Notes: generated by a model not told the origin, from the letters alone. Numbered from the stretch's first letter, positions 29,124 through 41,369 are shown. The stretch: 64,000 bases of DNA from Deltaproteobacteria bacterium (GCA_013151235.1 JAADIO010000055.1:39743-103742); one strand, 5' to 3'. Program-made: numbers and translations.

Positions 29124-30263
29124 TCAGAGTATGCCCCGAGCGCTTAACCAGTAAAGGCGGTTGTAGGCCAGTTTGAACCAGTGAATCATCTGAGACGGCT
29201 CCCCGGGATTGGGCGGCGTGTTGTAGTTGAACCAGACATAGGTCCCCTCCTCGAGACTGGTTTCCACGAAGCAGAAAACCTTTCCGTCATATCGGCGCCC
29301 CGGGCATCCCTCTTTAATCATGCAGATCAGTGATTCCGCAACGGTGTCGGCCTCGAAGTGGGCGGTCGATCCTGCCTTACTGATGGGAATATTGGTGGTG
29401 TCCCCCACCACAAAGACATTCTCCTTCCCTGCCATGGTCAGGCTGTGCTTATCCGTCGGGATCCAGCCGTCGGCGCCGAGGCCGGATTCTTCAATAAGGG
29501 GCATACCCTTGTGCGGGGGCACAGCAATGAGAAGGTCATAGTCCAGCGTGGATCCTTCCTCGCTGTGAATCTGCTTCTTCAGCGGATCGACCTCCTTCAT
29601 GTTGAAGAAGGTTTCATACCGGATTCCCCGACGTTCGAAGGCCTTGACCGCCCACTGGGCAACCGGCTCCAGGACATGGACCCGGGCAATGGGATAGGTA
29701 TAGAAGAGTTCGTACTTCTCTTTCAGACCGTTTTGGGAGAAAAGGTCGTCGAGCATGAAAGTGACTTCCAGGGGCGCCACGGGACACTTATGGGGAACAC
29801 CGACGGAAACGACAATCCGCCCCCCCTCAAACTCCTTCAACGCCTTCCGGAGTTTTTTGGCTCCGGCAAGATCATAGAACCAGTGCGCGCCCTCCTTGAG
29901 GCCGGGGACTTCCTCGGGGACAATTCTGGAACCGGTGGCAATGACCAGGTAGTCGTAAGGGAAGGACCTTCCGCTCTGCGCCGTGACCGTCTGACTCTCG
30001 GTGTCGATCTTCACGGCAGGGTCGACGTAGAGGTTGATCAGCGGGTCGAGGAGCCCGCGTTGATCCCGGATAATCTCATCGTCCTGCATCCGGCCAAAGG
30101 CGACGTAGAGAAAACCCGGCTGATAGACATGTTTCTCCGAAGCGCTGAGCATGTTGACGGTGACCTCTCCGCTGCGCAACTCGGTCCGCAAACCCCGGGC
30201 CAGCAGGTTGGCGACAATCGTCCCGCCTGTCCCCCCTCCGATAATAACGATACGCTTTCCCAT
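29124..30263 (-). CDS. Sulfide:quinone oxidoreductase-like flavoprotein (short, type III-like)
   Basis: IIGGGTGG, YQPG, YDYLVIATG, HKCPVAP, VGD, SKAGSTAH, YDGKVFCF. Confidence 0.85.
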   Translation of the reverse strand: MGKRIVIIGGGTGGTIVANLLARGLRTELRSGEVTVNMLSASEKHVYQPGFLYVAFGRMQDDEIIRDQRGLLDPLINLYVDPAVKIDTESQTVTAQSGRSFPYDYLVIATGSRIVPEEVPGLKEGAHWFYDLAGAKKLRKALKEFEGGRIVVSVGVPHKCPVAPLEVTFMLDDLFSQNGLKEKYELFYTYPIARVHVLEPVAQWAVKAFERRGIRYETFFNMKEVDPLKKQIHSEEGSTLDYDLLIAVPPHKGMPLIEESGLGADGWIPTDKHSLTMAGKENVFVVGDTTNIPISKAGSTAHFEADTVAESLICMIKEGCPGRRYDGKVFCFVETSLEEGTYVWFNYNTPPNPGEPSQMIHWFKLAYNRLYWLSARGIL

Positions 30264-30402
30264 GCGATGCCTCCTCTCTGACGGCGTTTCCGACCCACCG
30301 TCCATTCAGGCCACACGCTTCATTCAGATCCGGCTCCTTCTGCGATTCTCTCCCCGGGCCGGCCCCGGAATCCGCAAGATGGAGCCCCCTTTATGAGATC
30401 AT

Positions 30403-30639
30403 CTATTTAACTTTCTTCACCACGATGCTCCAGAATCCATCCTTTTCTTCGGCGCCGAGATACTCCTGCCCCACTTTGTGGATCCACTCCGGAATGTCTT
30501 TGGCGGACCCTTGGTCGGACGAGAGGACTTCGATCACCGTACCGACCGGTTCGCTCTTCATCATGCGGATCAGTTCCATCAGCGGTCCAGGACAGTAGGA
30601 ATCCCGTGCATCCACACTCTTGTCAATGGTCAGATTCAT
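30403..30639 (-). CDS. TusA/SirA family sulfur carrier
   Basis: VDARDSYCPGP (CPxP), SD.GSAKDIPEW; 78 aa. Confidence 0.9.
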   Translation of the reverse strand: MNLTIDKSVDARDSYCPGPLMELIRMMKSEPVGTVIEVLSSDQGSAKDIPEWIHKVGQEYLGAEEKDGFWSIVVKKVK

Positions 30640-30665
30640 TTCGCGGCCTCCTTTCGACTACAGGT

Positions 30666-31070
30666 CTAAAGATTGATAATATTATACCCTTCTGCGTCCA
30701 CGAGAAACTTCGTCATCCCTGCGACTTCGTCGAAGACGTCCTCCTCAAGGTCCGCCTCCGTCATACCGAGTACCTCCATCGCCATGGGACAGGCATAGAT
30801 CTTTGCCGCACCGAACTCCCGTGCCTGCCGGAAGAGATCGAGATAGGGGGGAACCTTCTTCGCTTGCAGGACCTTTGAAAAATCCGCCCCGGAGAAACGT
30901 TCTTCGTCACCAATCCCCTTCCGGAACTTCCGAATCGCCCCCATAGAGACGAAGAGCAGGACCTCAATCCCGGACACGGCCGCCACCGAGGCAATCATGC
31001 CGGCAAGCTGAACCTTTACATAGTCCTCGGATGAGAGGATGATTGCGATCTTTCTTCCCTCTGCCGTCAT
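30666..31070 (-). CDS. DsrE/DsrF-like (peroxiredoxin-like) sulfur relay protein
   Basis: IAIILSS, LFVSMG, KIYACPMAM, VAGMTKFL; AGGAGG RBS. Confidence 0.85.
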   Translation of the reverse strand: MTAEGRKIAIILSSEDYVKVQLAGMIASVAAVSGIEVLLFVSMGAIRKFRKGIGDEERFSGADFSKVLQAKKVPPYLDLFRQAREFGAAKIYACPMAMEVLGMTEADLEEDVFDEVAGMTKFLVDAEGYNIINL

Positions 31071-31129
31071 AAGCCCTCCTTACGCAACCCCTGGAATCTT
31101 TCCATCCTTTGCCTTCCTCCCTGTTAAAA

Positions 31130-31146
31130 AGCAAAGGAGATGCCAA
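31130..31146 (-). promoter_or_regulatory. Sigma54 promoter of the DsrE-TusA-SQR-DUF1641 operon
   Basis: TTGGCATCTCCTTTGCT: GG-N10-GC, 60 nt upstream of the start codon. Confidence 0.85.
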
Positions 31147-31242
31147 ATATTCACAAATATGAATATTTTCGATAACCCGATGATTTGACGTCTTTTTTTT
31201 GATTAGTTTGAAAGGAATTTCAACAAGCGGGACGCCCTCGAT

Positions 31243-31288
31243 TTGCAGAAATGAGAATTGAGGCGAAATTCCGGTCGCAAAATTGAGA
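31243..31288. promoter_or_regulatory. Candidate tandem upstream activator sequences
   Basis: TTGCAGAAATGAGA (31243-31256) and TCGCAAAATTGAGA (31275-31288): imperfect palindromes 32 bp apart. Confidence 0.6.
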
Positions 31289-31324
31289 AGGGAAGAGATG
31301 AAGACAAAATTCTTTTGTGGGGGA

Positions 31325-32671
31325 TTATTCTTTCTGTTCCAGTTTCCTGTAGAGCGTCGCCAGACTGATCCCAAGTCGTTCCGCCGCTTTCTGCTTGTCG
31401 CAGCCGGACCGTTCAAGAACCCCTTCAATATGCATCCTTTCGTAAACCCGGAGTGCGCTTTTTAGATTTTCTCTGGAGAGGGTCTCGGAGCGGCGATCCC
31501 CCTCCAGGAGATTCGGCGGCAGGTCTTCCGGTTGCAGCGTGGGAGGCGTCCCGAGAATCATGCTTCGTTCCATGACATTTTCCAGTTCCCGGATATTGCC
31601 TTTCCACCGGTACCCGGACAGAACCCGCAGAACCTCCGGGGAGACATCCCGGAACCGGCGGTTCATTTCAAGATTGTACTTCCGAATAAAATGATTGACC
31701 AACAGAGGGAGATCATCGATCCGCTCCCGCAATGGAGGGACCTTGATCTCTACAATATTGAGCCGATAGTAAAGATCCTCCCGGAAGGTCCCGGCATTCA
31801 TCCGCTCCTGAAGATCCTGATGGGTCGCTGCGATGAGACGGATATCAACCTTGACTCGTTCCGTCCCTCCCACAGGCAGGATCTCCTTTTCTTCAATAGC
31901 CCGAAGGAGCTTGGTCTGGAGCCCAACGGAAAGGTCCCCTATCTCATCGAGAAACAGGGTCCCCTCGTTAGCGACCTCAAAGAGCCCCTTCCTGTCTTCC
32001 TGCGCATCGGTGAAGGCCCCCTTGCGATAGCCGAAAAGCATGGAATCAAGGAGGGTCGCAGGAATGGCACAACAATTGACGGGAATGAACCGTTTCGCCC
32101 GCCGGTCACTCCTGTTGTGAATAGCCCGGGCCACTAATTCCTTGCCGGTCCCGCTCTCCCCCGTAATCAGGACAGTCCCCTTGGAAGAGGCCACCCTTTT
32201 GATCAATTCCAGCATCTCCCGAACCGGTTGAGACTGCCCGATAATATCGGAGAAATCGTATCGGCCTGCGACCTCTTCCCGAAGGAGCCGGTTATCCTCG
32301 GTCAGGTCGGTGAGTTGAAACAGCTTTTTGATCCGGAAGACGACGTCATCCAGGAGAAAAGGTTTGATGATGTAATCCACCGCACCCTGCCGCAGGGCCT
32401 CCACCGCCGTATCGACGGAAGCATAGGCCGTCATCATGACCACCGGCGTGCCGGGCCGGGAGGTCTTAATCCGTCGGAGCAGATCAATCCCGTTTATGCC
32501 GGGCATCCGAATGTCGCAGATGACGGCATCGAAAGCAATGCGATCGAAGAGTGTCGAGGCCTCATCTCCGTCGGCCGCCGTCACCGGGCTGTATCCTTCC
32601 TCGGCAAGAACCGACGACAGGGATTCCCGGATGGTTGTCTCATCATCAACGATAAGAATTTTCTTTGACAT
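31325..32671 (-). CDS. Sigma54-dependent response regulator (NtrC family; REC-AAA+-HTH)
   Basis: IVDDE, DIRMP, GESGTGKE, GAFTDA, LFLDEIG, FREDLYYRL, GNIREL, LGISLATLYRK. Confidence 0.96.
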   Translation of the reverse strand: MSKKILIVDDETTIRESLSSVLAEEGYSPVTAADGDEASTLFDRIAFDAVICDIRMPGINGIDLLRRIKTSRPGTPVVMMTAYASVDTAVEALRQGAVDYIIKPFLLDDVVFRIKKLFQLTDLTEDNRLLREEVAGRYDFSDIIGQSQPVREMLELIKRVASSKGTVLITGESGTGKELVARAIHNRSDRRAKRFIPVNCCAIPATLLDSMLFGYRKGAFTDAQEDRKGLFEVANEGTLFLDEIGDLSVGLQTKLLRAIEEKEILPVGGTERVKVDIRLIAATHQDLQERMNAGTFREDLYYRLNIVEIKVPPLRERIDDLPLLVNHFIRKYNLEMNRRFRDVSPEVLRVLSGYRWKGNIRELENVMERSMILGTPPTLQPEDLPPNLLEGDRRSETLSRENLKSALRVYERMHIEGVLERSGCDKQKAAERLGISLATLYRKLEQKE

Positions 32672-32677
32672 CTTCCC

Positions 32678-33847
32678 TCACTCCTGTCGACTGCAACTCA
32701 ATTCCAGGGGAAGGAAAACCCGGAAGGTACTCCCTTTCCCCGGACAACTTTCAACTTCAATTCTACCACCGAGACTTTCCATAACACCGTAGCTGATAAA
32801 GAGTCCCAGCCCCGTGCCGCGTCCCACGTCCTTGGTGGTGAAAAAGGGCTCAAAGATCTTCGGCACAATCTCGGGAGGGATCCCCGTTCCCGTATCTGAA
32901 ATTTCGATGACGACCCATTCCCCGGCCCGGCAAGTCTCTAACGTCAGGGTTCCCTCTCCCTCCATAGCATCGGCGGCATTGATCATCAGGTTCATCAAGA
33001 CCTGCAACAGGGAATCACGCACCAGTTCCAGCGGGGGGAGCTTAGGATCAAAGTCGGTGACGATCCGAAGCCCGGCGGCCGTCTGGTTGTACTTTAGAAA
33101 AGCCAGCGCATTCTCCAGGACCTCCCGCAGATTCACCCGCTCCGTCCCTTTCCGGGCGGGCCGGGAAAAATCGACCAACTCCCGTACGATCCCTGAAATC
33201 CGGTTGATATGGGTCAGGATCGATGCCAGCCTTTCTTCGTTCCCGGGATCATCGATCCTGCGCCGGATCAATTGAACCAGCGTGGAGATCGAGGCAAGTG
33301 GATTCCCCACCTCATGCGCAATCCCCGAAGCCAGAAGCCCCAAGGCGGCCATCTTCTCCTGGTGAACAAGTTGAGCCTGGGATTCCCGGAGCTGAAGCGT
33401 CGCTTCCCGTACCCGTCTCTCAAGTCTCCGTTCGGCTTCCAGAATCTGTTCCATTTTCCGGTCCAGACTGAACATCATATCATTGAAGAGTTCCCCCATC
33501 TTGTCGGTGGGATTCTTCGTCGCCGCCTGAAAAACTTCACATTGCCGACAATCCTCTAATGGGTGAACCCGATTATGAGAGGGGGACTTCCCACAGTAGG
33601 TCCCGGCAATCTGCCAGCAACGGAGATTGGCGGACTGATAGGCAGGACAATCCTGTCGGAAGCACCGGGTCATCTCCCAACACCGAAGGAGACGGGGATT
33701 TTCGAAGCGGGTCTTAAAATCCCGGCTCTGTTCCGCCTCAAAAAAGAGGCGGCCCAATTCCGTGGTCAGCCGTTCGAACTCCGTCTTGCAATCCTTCAGT
33801 TCCTTCAGCTCCGCCCGCAGATTACGGACGTTCTCTTCTCCTGCCAT
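32678..33847 (-). CDS. Soluble sensor histidine kinase with an N-terminal Cys-rich two-CW domain
   Basis: [15 protein letters not shown]...CWQIAGTYC...DCRQC; H-box [32 protein letters not shown]; no hydrophobic segment. Confidence 0.9.
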   Translation of the reverse strand: MAGEENVRNLRAELKELKDCKTEFERLTTELGRLFFEAEQSRDFKTRFENPRLLRCWEMTRCFRQDCPAYQSANLRCWQIAGTYCGKSPSHNRVHPLEDCRQCEVFQAATKNPTDKMGELFNDMMFSLDRKMEQILEAERRLERRVREATLQLRESQAQLVHQEKMAALGLLASGIAHEVGNPLASISTLVQLIRRRIDDPGNEERLASILTHINRISGIVRELVDFSRPARKGTERVNLREVLENALAFLKYNQTAAGLRIVTDFDPKLPPLELVRDSLLQVLMNLMINAADAMEGEGTLTLETCRAGEWVVIEISDTGTGIPPEIVPKIFEPFFTTKDVGRGTGLGLFISYGVMESLGGRIEVESCPGKGSTFRVFLPLELSCSRQE

Positions 33848-35444
33848 GGCATTCCAACCCCTCCATCCCCAGTAAAGACAATACACAATATACCCCATCC
33901 AGGGCGGAGCTGACAATTCCCCCGGCATAGCCGGCCCCCTCCCCTAAAGGATAGAGACCTCTCACCGTCACTGAGGCGTAATCCTTTCCCCGGACAAGCC
34001 GTACCGGAGAAGAGGTCCGGGTCTCCACACCGATCAGGATTCCGTCCTCGGAGATAAAACCGGGAATTTTCTTCCCCCAGACCCGCAGCGCCCCCTTGAG
34101 CCCCGTCGTCACAAAATCGGGCAACACTGCGTGGAGGTCACAGGAGTAGACCCCCGGCCGGTAGGTCGTTTCCGGAAGACTGGACGAAACAGTCCGCCTC
34201 AGAAAATCAGTAACCCGCTGTGCCGGTGCGGAGTAATTCTCTCCCCCCGCTCGAAAGGCCGCCTCCTCCCACTTTCTCAGAAAGGCAAGACCTGCGAGAG
34301 GCCCCCGGCCCGAAAAGTCCTCCCTGCGAACCGATACCACCAGACCGCTGTCGGCATAGCCGCTTGCCCGGCCAAAACGGCTCATGCCGTTGGTGACGAT
34401 CCGACCCGGCTGAGAATTAGCTGCAATCACCTGCCCGCCGGGACACATGCAGAAGGTATAGACCCCGCGATCCTGTTTACGATCCCGGTAGGTTAAACGA
34501 TAACGGGAGGGACCGAGCCTCGGATGACCCGCCCACCGGCCATATTGAACCCGGTCGAGCCTCCCCTGGGGATGTTCAATCCGGACTCCGACGGCCAAGG
34601 GCTTTTGTTCCATCGCGACGCCGGCCCGCTCCAGAACGGCATAGGTGTCTTCCGCCCCATGGCCTGTTGCCAAAACGAGCCGGTCCGTTTCAATTTTTTC
34701 CCCGTTCTCCAACCCAAGACCACACAACCGGCCATTCTTCACAAGAATTCCGGTCATCCGGCTTCCAAAACGGACTTCGCCCCCGAGAGACTCAATCTCT
34801 TTTCGCAGGGCAACAATCACGCCCCGAAGCCGGTCGGTCCCAATATGAGGATAGGCCTCGTAGAGAATTTCCGAAGGTGCCCCGGCTTTTACAAATTCGG
34901 AGAGAAGCCAGGGAATCATCGCCGACCGTTTTCCCGTGGTCAGTTTTCCGTCGGAGAAGGTCCCGGCCCCTCCCTCTCCGAAACAGACGTTGCTCTCGGA
35001 CCGGAACACCCCCTTCGACCAGAAGGTGGAGACATCCCGGACCCGTTCCTGCATGGGACGTCCCCGTTCAAGAACGATCGGCTCCGCCCCCGCCCGGGCC
35101 AGGAGAAGGGCGGCGAAGATCCCGGCGGGACCAAAGCCGACGACGACCGGCCTTTTATAAAAACTTTTCTTGTGAAGTACGAAAGGCGGCCCCGGAGGCA
35201 TCACGATTTCGGCCGAAATACCTTCTTTTTCTCTGATGATCTTGAGGAGTTCTTCTTCCCCATCCGCGGAAATTTCAACCGTATAGAGAATGCGAACATC
35301 GTGACGTGCATCAATGGAACGTTTCAGAATGTGGAGGGAACGGATCCGGCCGGAGGGAATGTGGAGAAGGTCGGCCAGCACATCTTTCAAATCCCTGCGA
35401 TCTTCGTCAGGAGTGAGCCGAATTTCTCGAATTGAAAAAGGCAT
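33822..35444 (-). CDS. Uncharacterized FAD-dependent oxidoreductase
   Basis: VGFGPAG, GEGGAGTFSDGKL, PHIGTD, FCMCPGG, ETRTSSPVR, GEGAGYAGGI. Confidence 0.9.
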   Translation of the reverse strand: MPFSIREIRLTPDEDRRDLKDVLADLLHIPSGRIRSLHILKRSIDARHDVRILYTVEISADGEEELLKIIREKEGISAEIVMPPGPPFVLHKKSFYKRPVVVGFGPAGIFAALLLARAGAEPIVLERGRPMQERVRDVSTFWSKGVFRSESNVCFGEGGAGTFSDGKLTTGKRSAMIPWLLSEFVKAGAPSEILYEAYPHIGTDRLRGVIVALRKEIESLGGEVRFGSRMTGILVKNGRLCGLGLENGEKIETDRLVLATGHGAEDTYAVLERAGVAMEQKPLAVGVRIEHPQGRLDRVQYGRWAGHPRLGPSRYRLTYRDRKQDRGVYTFCMCPGGQVIAANSQPGRIVTNGMSRFGRASGYADSGLVVSVRREDFSGRGPLAGLAFLRKWEEAAFRAGGENYSAPAQRVTDFLRRTVSSSLPETTYRPGVYSCDLHAVLPDFVTTGLKGALRVWGKKIPGFISEDGILIGVETRTSSPVRLVRGKDYASVTVRGLYPLGEGAGYAGGIVSSALDGVYCVLSLLGMEGLECHGRRRERP

Positions 35445-35454
35445 GATGATTCAT

Positions 35455-35494
35455 AAAAAGGGGAGCCCCCGGCTTTTTGGGGGTCCCCCTTTTT
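35455..35494. terminator. Intrinsic (bidirectional-type) terminator after ahcY
   Basis: AAAAAGGGGAGCCCCC-loop-GGGGGTCCCCCTTTTT. Confidence 0.8.
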
Positions 35495-35496
35495 AT

Positions 35497-37070
<1,574 letters not shown>

Positions 37071-37075
37071 CTTTC

Positions 37076-38269
37076 TCAGAGTCCCGCTGCCGACTTGAGC
37101 TCTTCTGCCATGTCGGTCTTTTCCCAGGTGAATCCCGGTCCCTTCTTCCAGTGGATCCCCTCCGGGCTTCGCCCGAAATGGCCGTAGGCGGCGGTCGCCC
37201 GATAGATCGGACGCTTCAAATCAAGTTTTTTAATGATCGCCGCCGGCCGCATGTCGAAAATCTCCCGGATAATCTCGATGATCCGTTGATAAGGAATCTT
37301 CTCCGTTCCGAAGGAGTCCACGTGGACCGAGACCGGCTGGGCCACACCGATGGCATAGGCAAGCTGTACCTCGCACTTGTCGGCGATCCCCGCAGCCACG
37401 ACGTTCTTGGCGATATACCGGGCCATGTAGGCACCGGAGCGATCGACTTTGGTCGGGTCCTTGCCGGAGAAACAGCCGCCGCCGTGGCTTCCCACGCCGC
37501 CATAGGTGTCGACGATGATCTTCCGCCCGGTAAGGCCGCAATCCCCCATGGGGCCGCCCACGACGAAGCGTCCCGTGGGATTGATATGATAGATCACCTT
37601 CTCTTCGTCCAGGAGGTTCGCCGGGATGACCGGCTTGACGACCTGCTCAATCAGGTCCTCACGGATCTGCCTGAGGGTTACGTCGGGACTGTGCTGGGTA
37701 GAAAGGACAATCGTATGAACCCGTTTCGGGGTACCGTTCTCGTACTCAATGGTTACCTGCGACTTACCGTCGGGCCGGAGGTAATCCAGAACGTCCTCCT
37801 TCCGGACATCGGAGAGCCGCTGCGTCAGTTTGTGGGCCAAGCTGATCGGAAGCGGCATCAACTCCTTCGTCTCGTTCGTGGCATACCCGAACATGAGACC
37901 CTGGTCCCCGGCCCCCTGTTCCTCATGCAGCCCAATCCCCTCGCTCACCCCCTGGGAAATGTCGGGCGACTGCTCGTCGATGGAGGTGATGACGGCGCAG
38001 GTCTCATAATCAAAGCCGTATTTGGCGCGGGTATAGCCCAACCCCTTGATCGTCTTGCGCACGACTCTTGGAATGTCGACGTAACAGTCCGTCGTGATCT
38101 CGCCGGAGACCATGGCCAGTCCCGTCGTCACCAACGTCTCGCAGGCAACACGGCCGTTCGGATCCCGATTCAGAATCTCATCGAGAATGGAATCGGAGAT
38201 CTGGTCAGCTACCTTGTCGGGGTGACCCTCCGTTACCGACTCCGAGGTGAATAGATATTTTTCCGGCAT
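37076..38269 (-). CDS. metK: S-adenosylmethionine synthetase
   Basis: [49 protein letters not shown]. Confidence 0.98.
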   Translation of the reverse strand: MPEKYLFTSESVTEGHPDKVADQISDSILDEILNRDPNGRVACETLVTTGLAMVSGEITTDCYVDIPRVVRKTIKGLGYTRAKYGFDYETCAVITSIDEQSPDISQGVSEGIGLHEEQGAGDQGLMFGYATNETKELMPLPISLAHKLTQRLSDVRKEDVLDYLRPDGKSQVTIEYENGTPKRVHTIVLSTQHSPDVTLRQIREDLIEQVVKPVIPANLLDEEKVIYHINPTGRFVVGGPMGDCGLTGRKIIVDTYGGVGSHGGGCFSGKDPTKVDRSGAYMARYIAKNVVAAGIADKCEVQLAYAIGVAQPVSVHVDSFGTEKIPYQRIIEIIREIFDMRPAAIIKKLDLKRPIYRATAAYGHFGRSPEGIHWKKGPGFTWEKTDMAEELKSAAGL

Positions 38270-38300
38270 GGATCCTTCCTTTCTCCAGGGTTTGAAACGA

Positions 38301-38816
38301 TTAGAACTTCAGTAACGAATATACAGGATAACCATTGAGCTTCTCCCGCCCCTTCAGGAATTCCAGTTCTACCAGAAAGGCACATTCCACGATATTTCCA
38401 TCCAGCTGCTTTACCAGATCAATGGAGGCCCTGACCGTCCCCCCCGTCGCGATCAGGTCATCGGCGATGAGGACATTCTGACCCGGAGAAATCGCATCTT
38501 CATGAATCTCCAACTGGTCCGTGCCGTACTCCAACTCGTAGATCGTCTTGTGCGTCTTGTAGGGAAGCTTTCCCGGTTTCCGGACCAGGATCACCCCGGC
38601 ACCGAGACGGTAGGCCAACGCCGCCCCGATCACAAATCCTCGGGACTCGATCCCGACGACAAGATCAATATCCCGATCCATATAGCGGTTTGCAAGGGTA
38701 TCGATGGCGCGGGCGAAAGCCCGTTTATCGGACAACAGGGTCGTGATGTCCTTAAAGATGATCCCCTTCTTGGGAAAGTCGGGGACATCCCGGATCAGTT
38801 TTTTGAGTCGTTCCAT
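38301..38816 (-). CDS. apt: Adenine phosphoribosyltransferase
   Basis: [41 protein letters not shown]. Confidence 0.97.
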   Translation of the reverse strand: MERLKKLIRDVPDFPKKGIIFKDITTLLSDKRAFARAIDTLANRYMDRDIDLVVGIESRGFVIGAALAYRLGAGVILVRKPGKLPYKTHKTIYELEYGTDQLEIHEDAISPGQNVLIADDLIATGGTVRASIDLVKQLDGNIVECAFLVELEFLKGREKLNGYPVYSLLKF

Positions 38817-38839
38817 GAAAAGCTCCTATCTTTTAAAAA

Positions 38840-38945
38840 GTCCTATTCGTAAAGTGGCCTGTCTGCGTGCGGAGACACGCACAGGCAAGCATTTGAGGGC
38901 GGCAGGGCAGCCCCCCCGGTGCGTCACAGTATTTACGAACAAGAC
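38840..38945. mobile_element. MITE-like element family B, short copy with a nested hairpin insert
   Basis: Ends GTCCTATTCGTAAA / TTTACGAACAAGAC; shares two internal blocks with the reverse complement of 52373-52536. Confidence 0.65.
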
Positions 38946-38951
38946 GACCCC

Positions 38952-39881
38952 TTACAGAATCTCGTCTAAAATCAGAGATTCCCTGGTGATAATATAGCGG
39001 AGTTTCTTGAGGGCTGAAGACTCAATCTGCCGTATCCGCTCCCTCGTTACGCCGAACTCCTCGCCGATCTTCTCAAGGGTCATCGGATCCCCATCCTCGA
39101 GTCCGAAGCGGAGGATCACCACGTTTTTCTCGTTCTCCGTTAATTTTTCCAGCCAGACGGAGATCATCTCGTGCCGCTTGATCCCTTCCACAATATCATC
39201 GGGCGAAAGAATGGAGGTATCTTCAATGACATCCTTGAGAGAATTCTCCTGCTTTTCGCCGATCGGCATATCGAGAGACTGTGTCGAGCGGACAACCTGC
39301 ATTACCTCTTTGATCTTTTCAACGGTCGTATCCATCACCTCCGCCATCTCATCCACGGTAGGCTCCCGGCCCTTGACCTGGATCTGCTCCCGCAGAACCC
39401 GGACCAACCGGTTGATCTTCTCGTCCACATGAATGGGCAAGCGAATCGTCCGAGTCTGGTTCACGATGGAACGTTCGATCGCCTGGCGAATCCACCAGGA
39501 AGCATAGGTACTGAATTTGAATCCTTTTTTGTACTGAAACCGTTCCACCGCCTTGATCAACCCGATATTCCCCTCTTCGATCAGATCCAGGAAGGGAAGT
39601 CCCCGGTTCATGTACCGTTTGGCAATGCTGACAACGAGTCGAAGGTTGGATTCAATCATCTTCTCCCGTGCCGATGCGTCATTTTTCTCCACGCGCTTGG
39701 CCAGGGCGACTTCTTCTTCCGGGGTCAGAAGAGGGATGGCACTGATTTCACGAAGGTAGATCTTGATCGTGTCCAGAGAAGCGGAAATCGCCTTCTGCTT
39801 CTTCGGCGATTTCTTGCCGGCCTTCGCCTTCATAACATCCGGAGACGCCTCAGCGTCTTCTCCTTTTGCATTCTGCACCAA
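38952..39881 (-). CDS. rpoS: RNA polymerase sigma factor, RpoS-like
   Basis: YLREI...[50 protein letters not shown]; lacks region 1.1; surE-pcm context. Confidence 0.85.
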   Translation of the reverse strand: MVQNAKGEDAEASPDVMKAKAGKKSPKKQKAISASLDTIKIYLREISAIPLLTPEEEVALAKRVEKNDASAREKMIESNLRLVVSIAKRYMNRGLPFLDLIEEGNIGLIKAVERFQYKKGFKFSTYASWWIRQAIERSIVNQTRTIRLPIHVDEKINRLVRVLREQIQVKGREPTVDEMAEVMDTTVEKIKEVMQVVRSTQSLDMPIGEKQENSLKDVIEDTSILSPDDIVEGIKRHEMISVWLEKLTENEKNVVILRFGLEDGDPMTLEKIGEEFGVTRERIRQIESSALKKLRYIITRESLILDEIL

Positions 39882-39966
39882 TGCAGACCTCCATTACGCC
39901 GGAATATATGATCACCAAGACCGCCATGGCGGGGAAACCGAGTCAATTTTACTCCATCGTAAAGAG

Positions 39967-40043
<77 letters not shown>

Positions 40044-40057
40044 ATCCGGAAGTCTGC

Positions 40058-40666
40058 TCAGGCCTCATCCTTTTGCGATACGGCCCGGGAAGACATCTTC
40101 TTTACAACGTAGAAACCTCCTATGAGGAGGATGACAAACAGAATCGAGAGGAGATTAAAATATTTCTCGATAAATCCGGTGATATAATCCCCGAAAAGAA
40201 CGATCATGCCGGCAACCAGGAAGAACCTGGCCCCGCGGCTTATGAATGATACTAAAACGAATTTCAGAAAGTCAATATAAAAAACCCCTGCCGAGAGGGT
40301 GAAGATCTTGTAGGGGATGGGGGTAAACCCGGCAATTCCAATGGCCCAGGCCTCATATTTTTCGAAATAGTCATGTACCATACGGATTTTCCCCGCCGAA
40401 ACAAATCGGTTCAGAAGGGGACGGCCGCCCTTCTGCCCGAGGAAATAGCCGAAGACCCCGCCGGCCGCCGACCCCACCGTACAGAGAAGAGCGTAATAGA
40501 GGGCCTGACTGGGGGCGTTGAGCGACATGGCGATCAGGAGAATATCCGGGGGAAGGGGAAAGAAAGAGGACTCGGCAAAGGCAAGAAAAAAGAGCGCCAC
40601 CAGAGCATTATCGGTTTGTGCCCAGGAAACAATCCAGGTTTGCAATTCATGAATCCAGGGCATCAT
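40058..40666 (-). CDS. YqaA/DedA (VTT domain) membrane protein
   Basis: AFAESSFFPLPPD, AGFTPIPYKIF, SRGARF. Confidence 0.9.
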   Translation of the reverse strand: MMPWIHELQTWIVSWAQTDNALVALFFLAFAESSFFPLPPDILLIAMSLNAPSQALYYALLCTVGSAAGGVFGYFLGQKGGRPLLNRFVSAGKIRMVHDYFEKYEAWAIGIAGFTPIPYKIFTLSAGVFYIDFLKFVLVSFISRGARFFLVAGMIVLFGDYITGFIEKYFNLLSILFVILLIGGFYVVKKMSSRAVSQKDEA

Positions 40667-41342
40667 TCCTCTTTCCCCGGCGGGAAGGGCTTTTCTCCCA
40701 ACCGTATCTTCCGACGAGTTTAACAAACCGGCAGGGATCGAGTTCGATCCGATCCATCCCGGAAGAACGTTTGATCACTTTGATCAGACGCTGGGAGCCG
40801 TCGACCTCCAGGGGGATGATCATCTTCCCTCCCACACGGAGCTGCCGAACCAGATGTTCCGGAATCCGGGGAGACCCGGCGGAGACCACAACAACATCAA
40901 AGGGAGCCTGATCCGGCCAGCCGTAGGTCCCATCCCCGATCCGAATCGCCACATTGGAAAGCCCAAGGCGGTCAAGGCGCGGCCAGACCTGATTCCCCAA
41001 AGGACGGATCCGTTCCATGGCAAAGATCCGTTCCGCAAGATGCGCCAGGATGGCCGTCTGATACCCGGAGCCGGAGCCGATCTCCAGAACCTTTTCGTTC
41101 CCCTGCAATTCCAGCGCCTGTGCGACATAGGCAACCGTGGAAGGCTGGGAGATCGTTTGCCCGTACCCGATGGGAAGTGCAACATCCTCATAGGCCCGAA
41201 GCGCCAGCGCCTCATCGACGAACCGGTGACGAGGCACACGGCGGAAAGCGGAGAGAACCCGGACGTCTTCGATCCCCGCTGCGGGAAGGATCTCGTCCAC
41301 CAGCCGTTTCAGGGCAATCCCGGGATTCCTGTATTGGACCAT
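40647..41342 (-). CDS. pcm: Protein-L-isoaspartate O-methyltransferase
   Basis: VPRHRF, PIGYGQTISQP, VLEIGSGSGYQ, GDGTYGW, CRFVKL. Confidence 0.96.
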   Translation of the reverse strand: MVQYRNPGIALKRLVDEILPAAGIEDVRVLSAFRRVPRHRFVDEALALRAYEDVALPIGYGQTISQPSTVAYVAQALELQGNEKVLEIGSGSGYQTAILAHLAERIFAMERIRPLGNQVWPRLDRLGLSNVAIRIGDGTYGWPDQAPFDVVVVSAGSPRIPEHLVRQLRVGGKMIIPLEVDGSQRLIKVIKRSSGMDRIELDPCRFVKLVGRYGWEKSPSRRGKRNDALDS

Positions 41343-41369
41343 GACGACCTTTCCGACGGCAACAATCGC

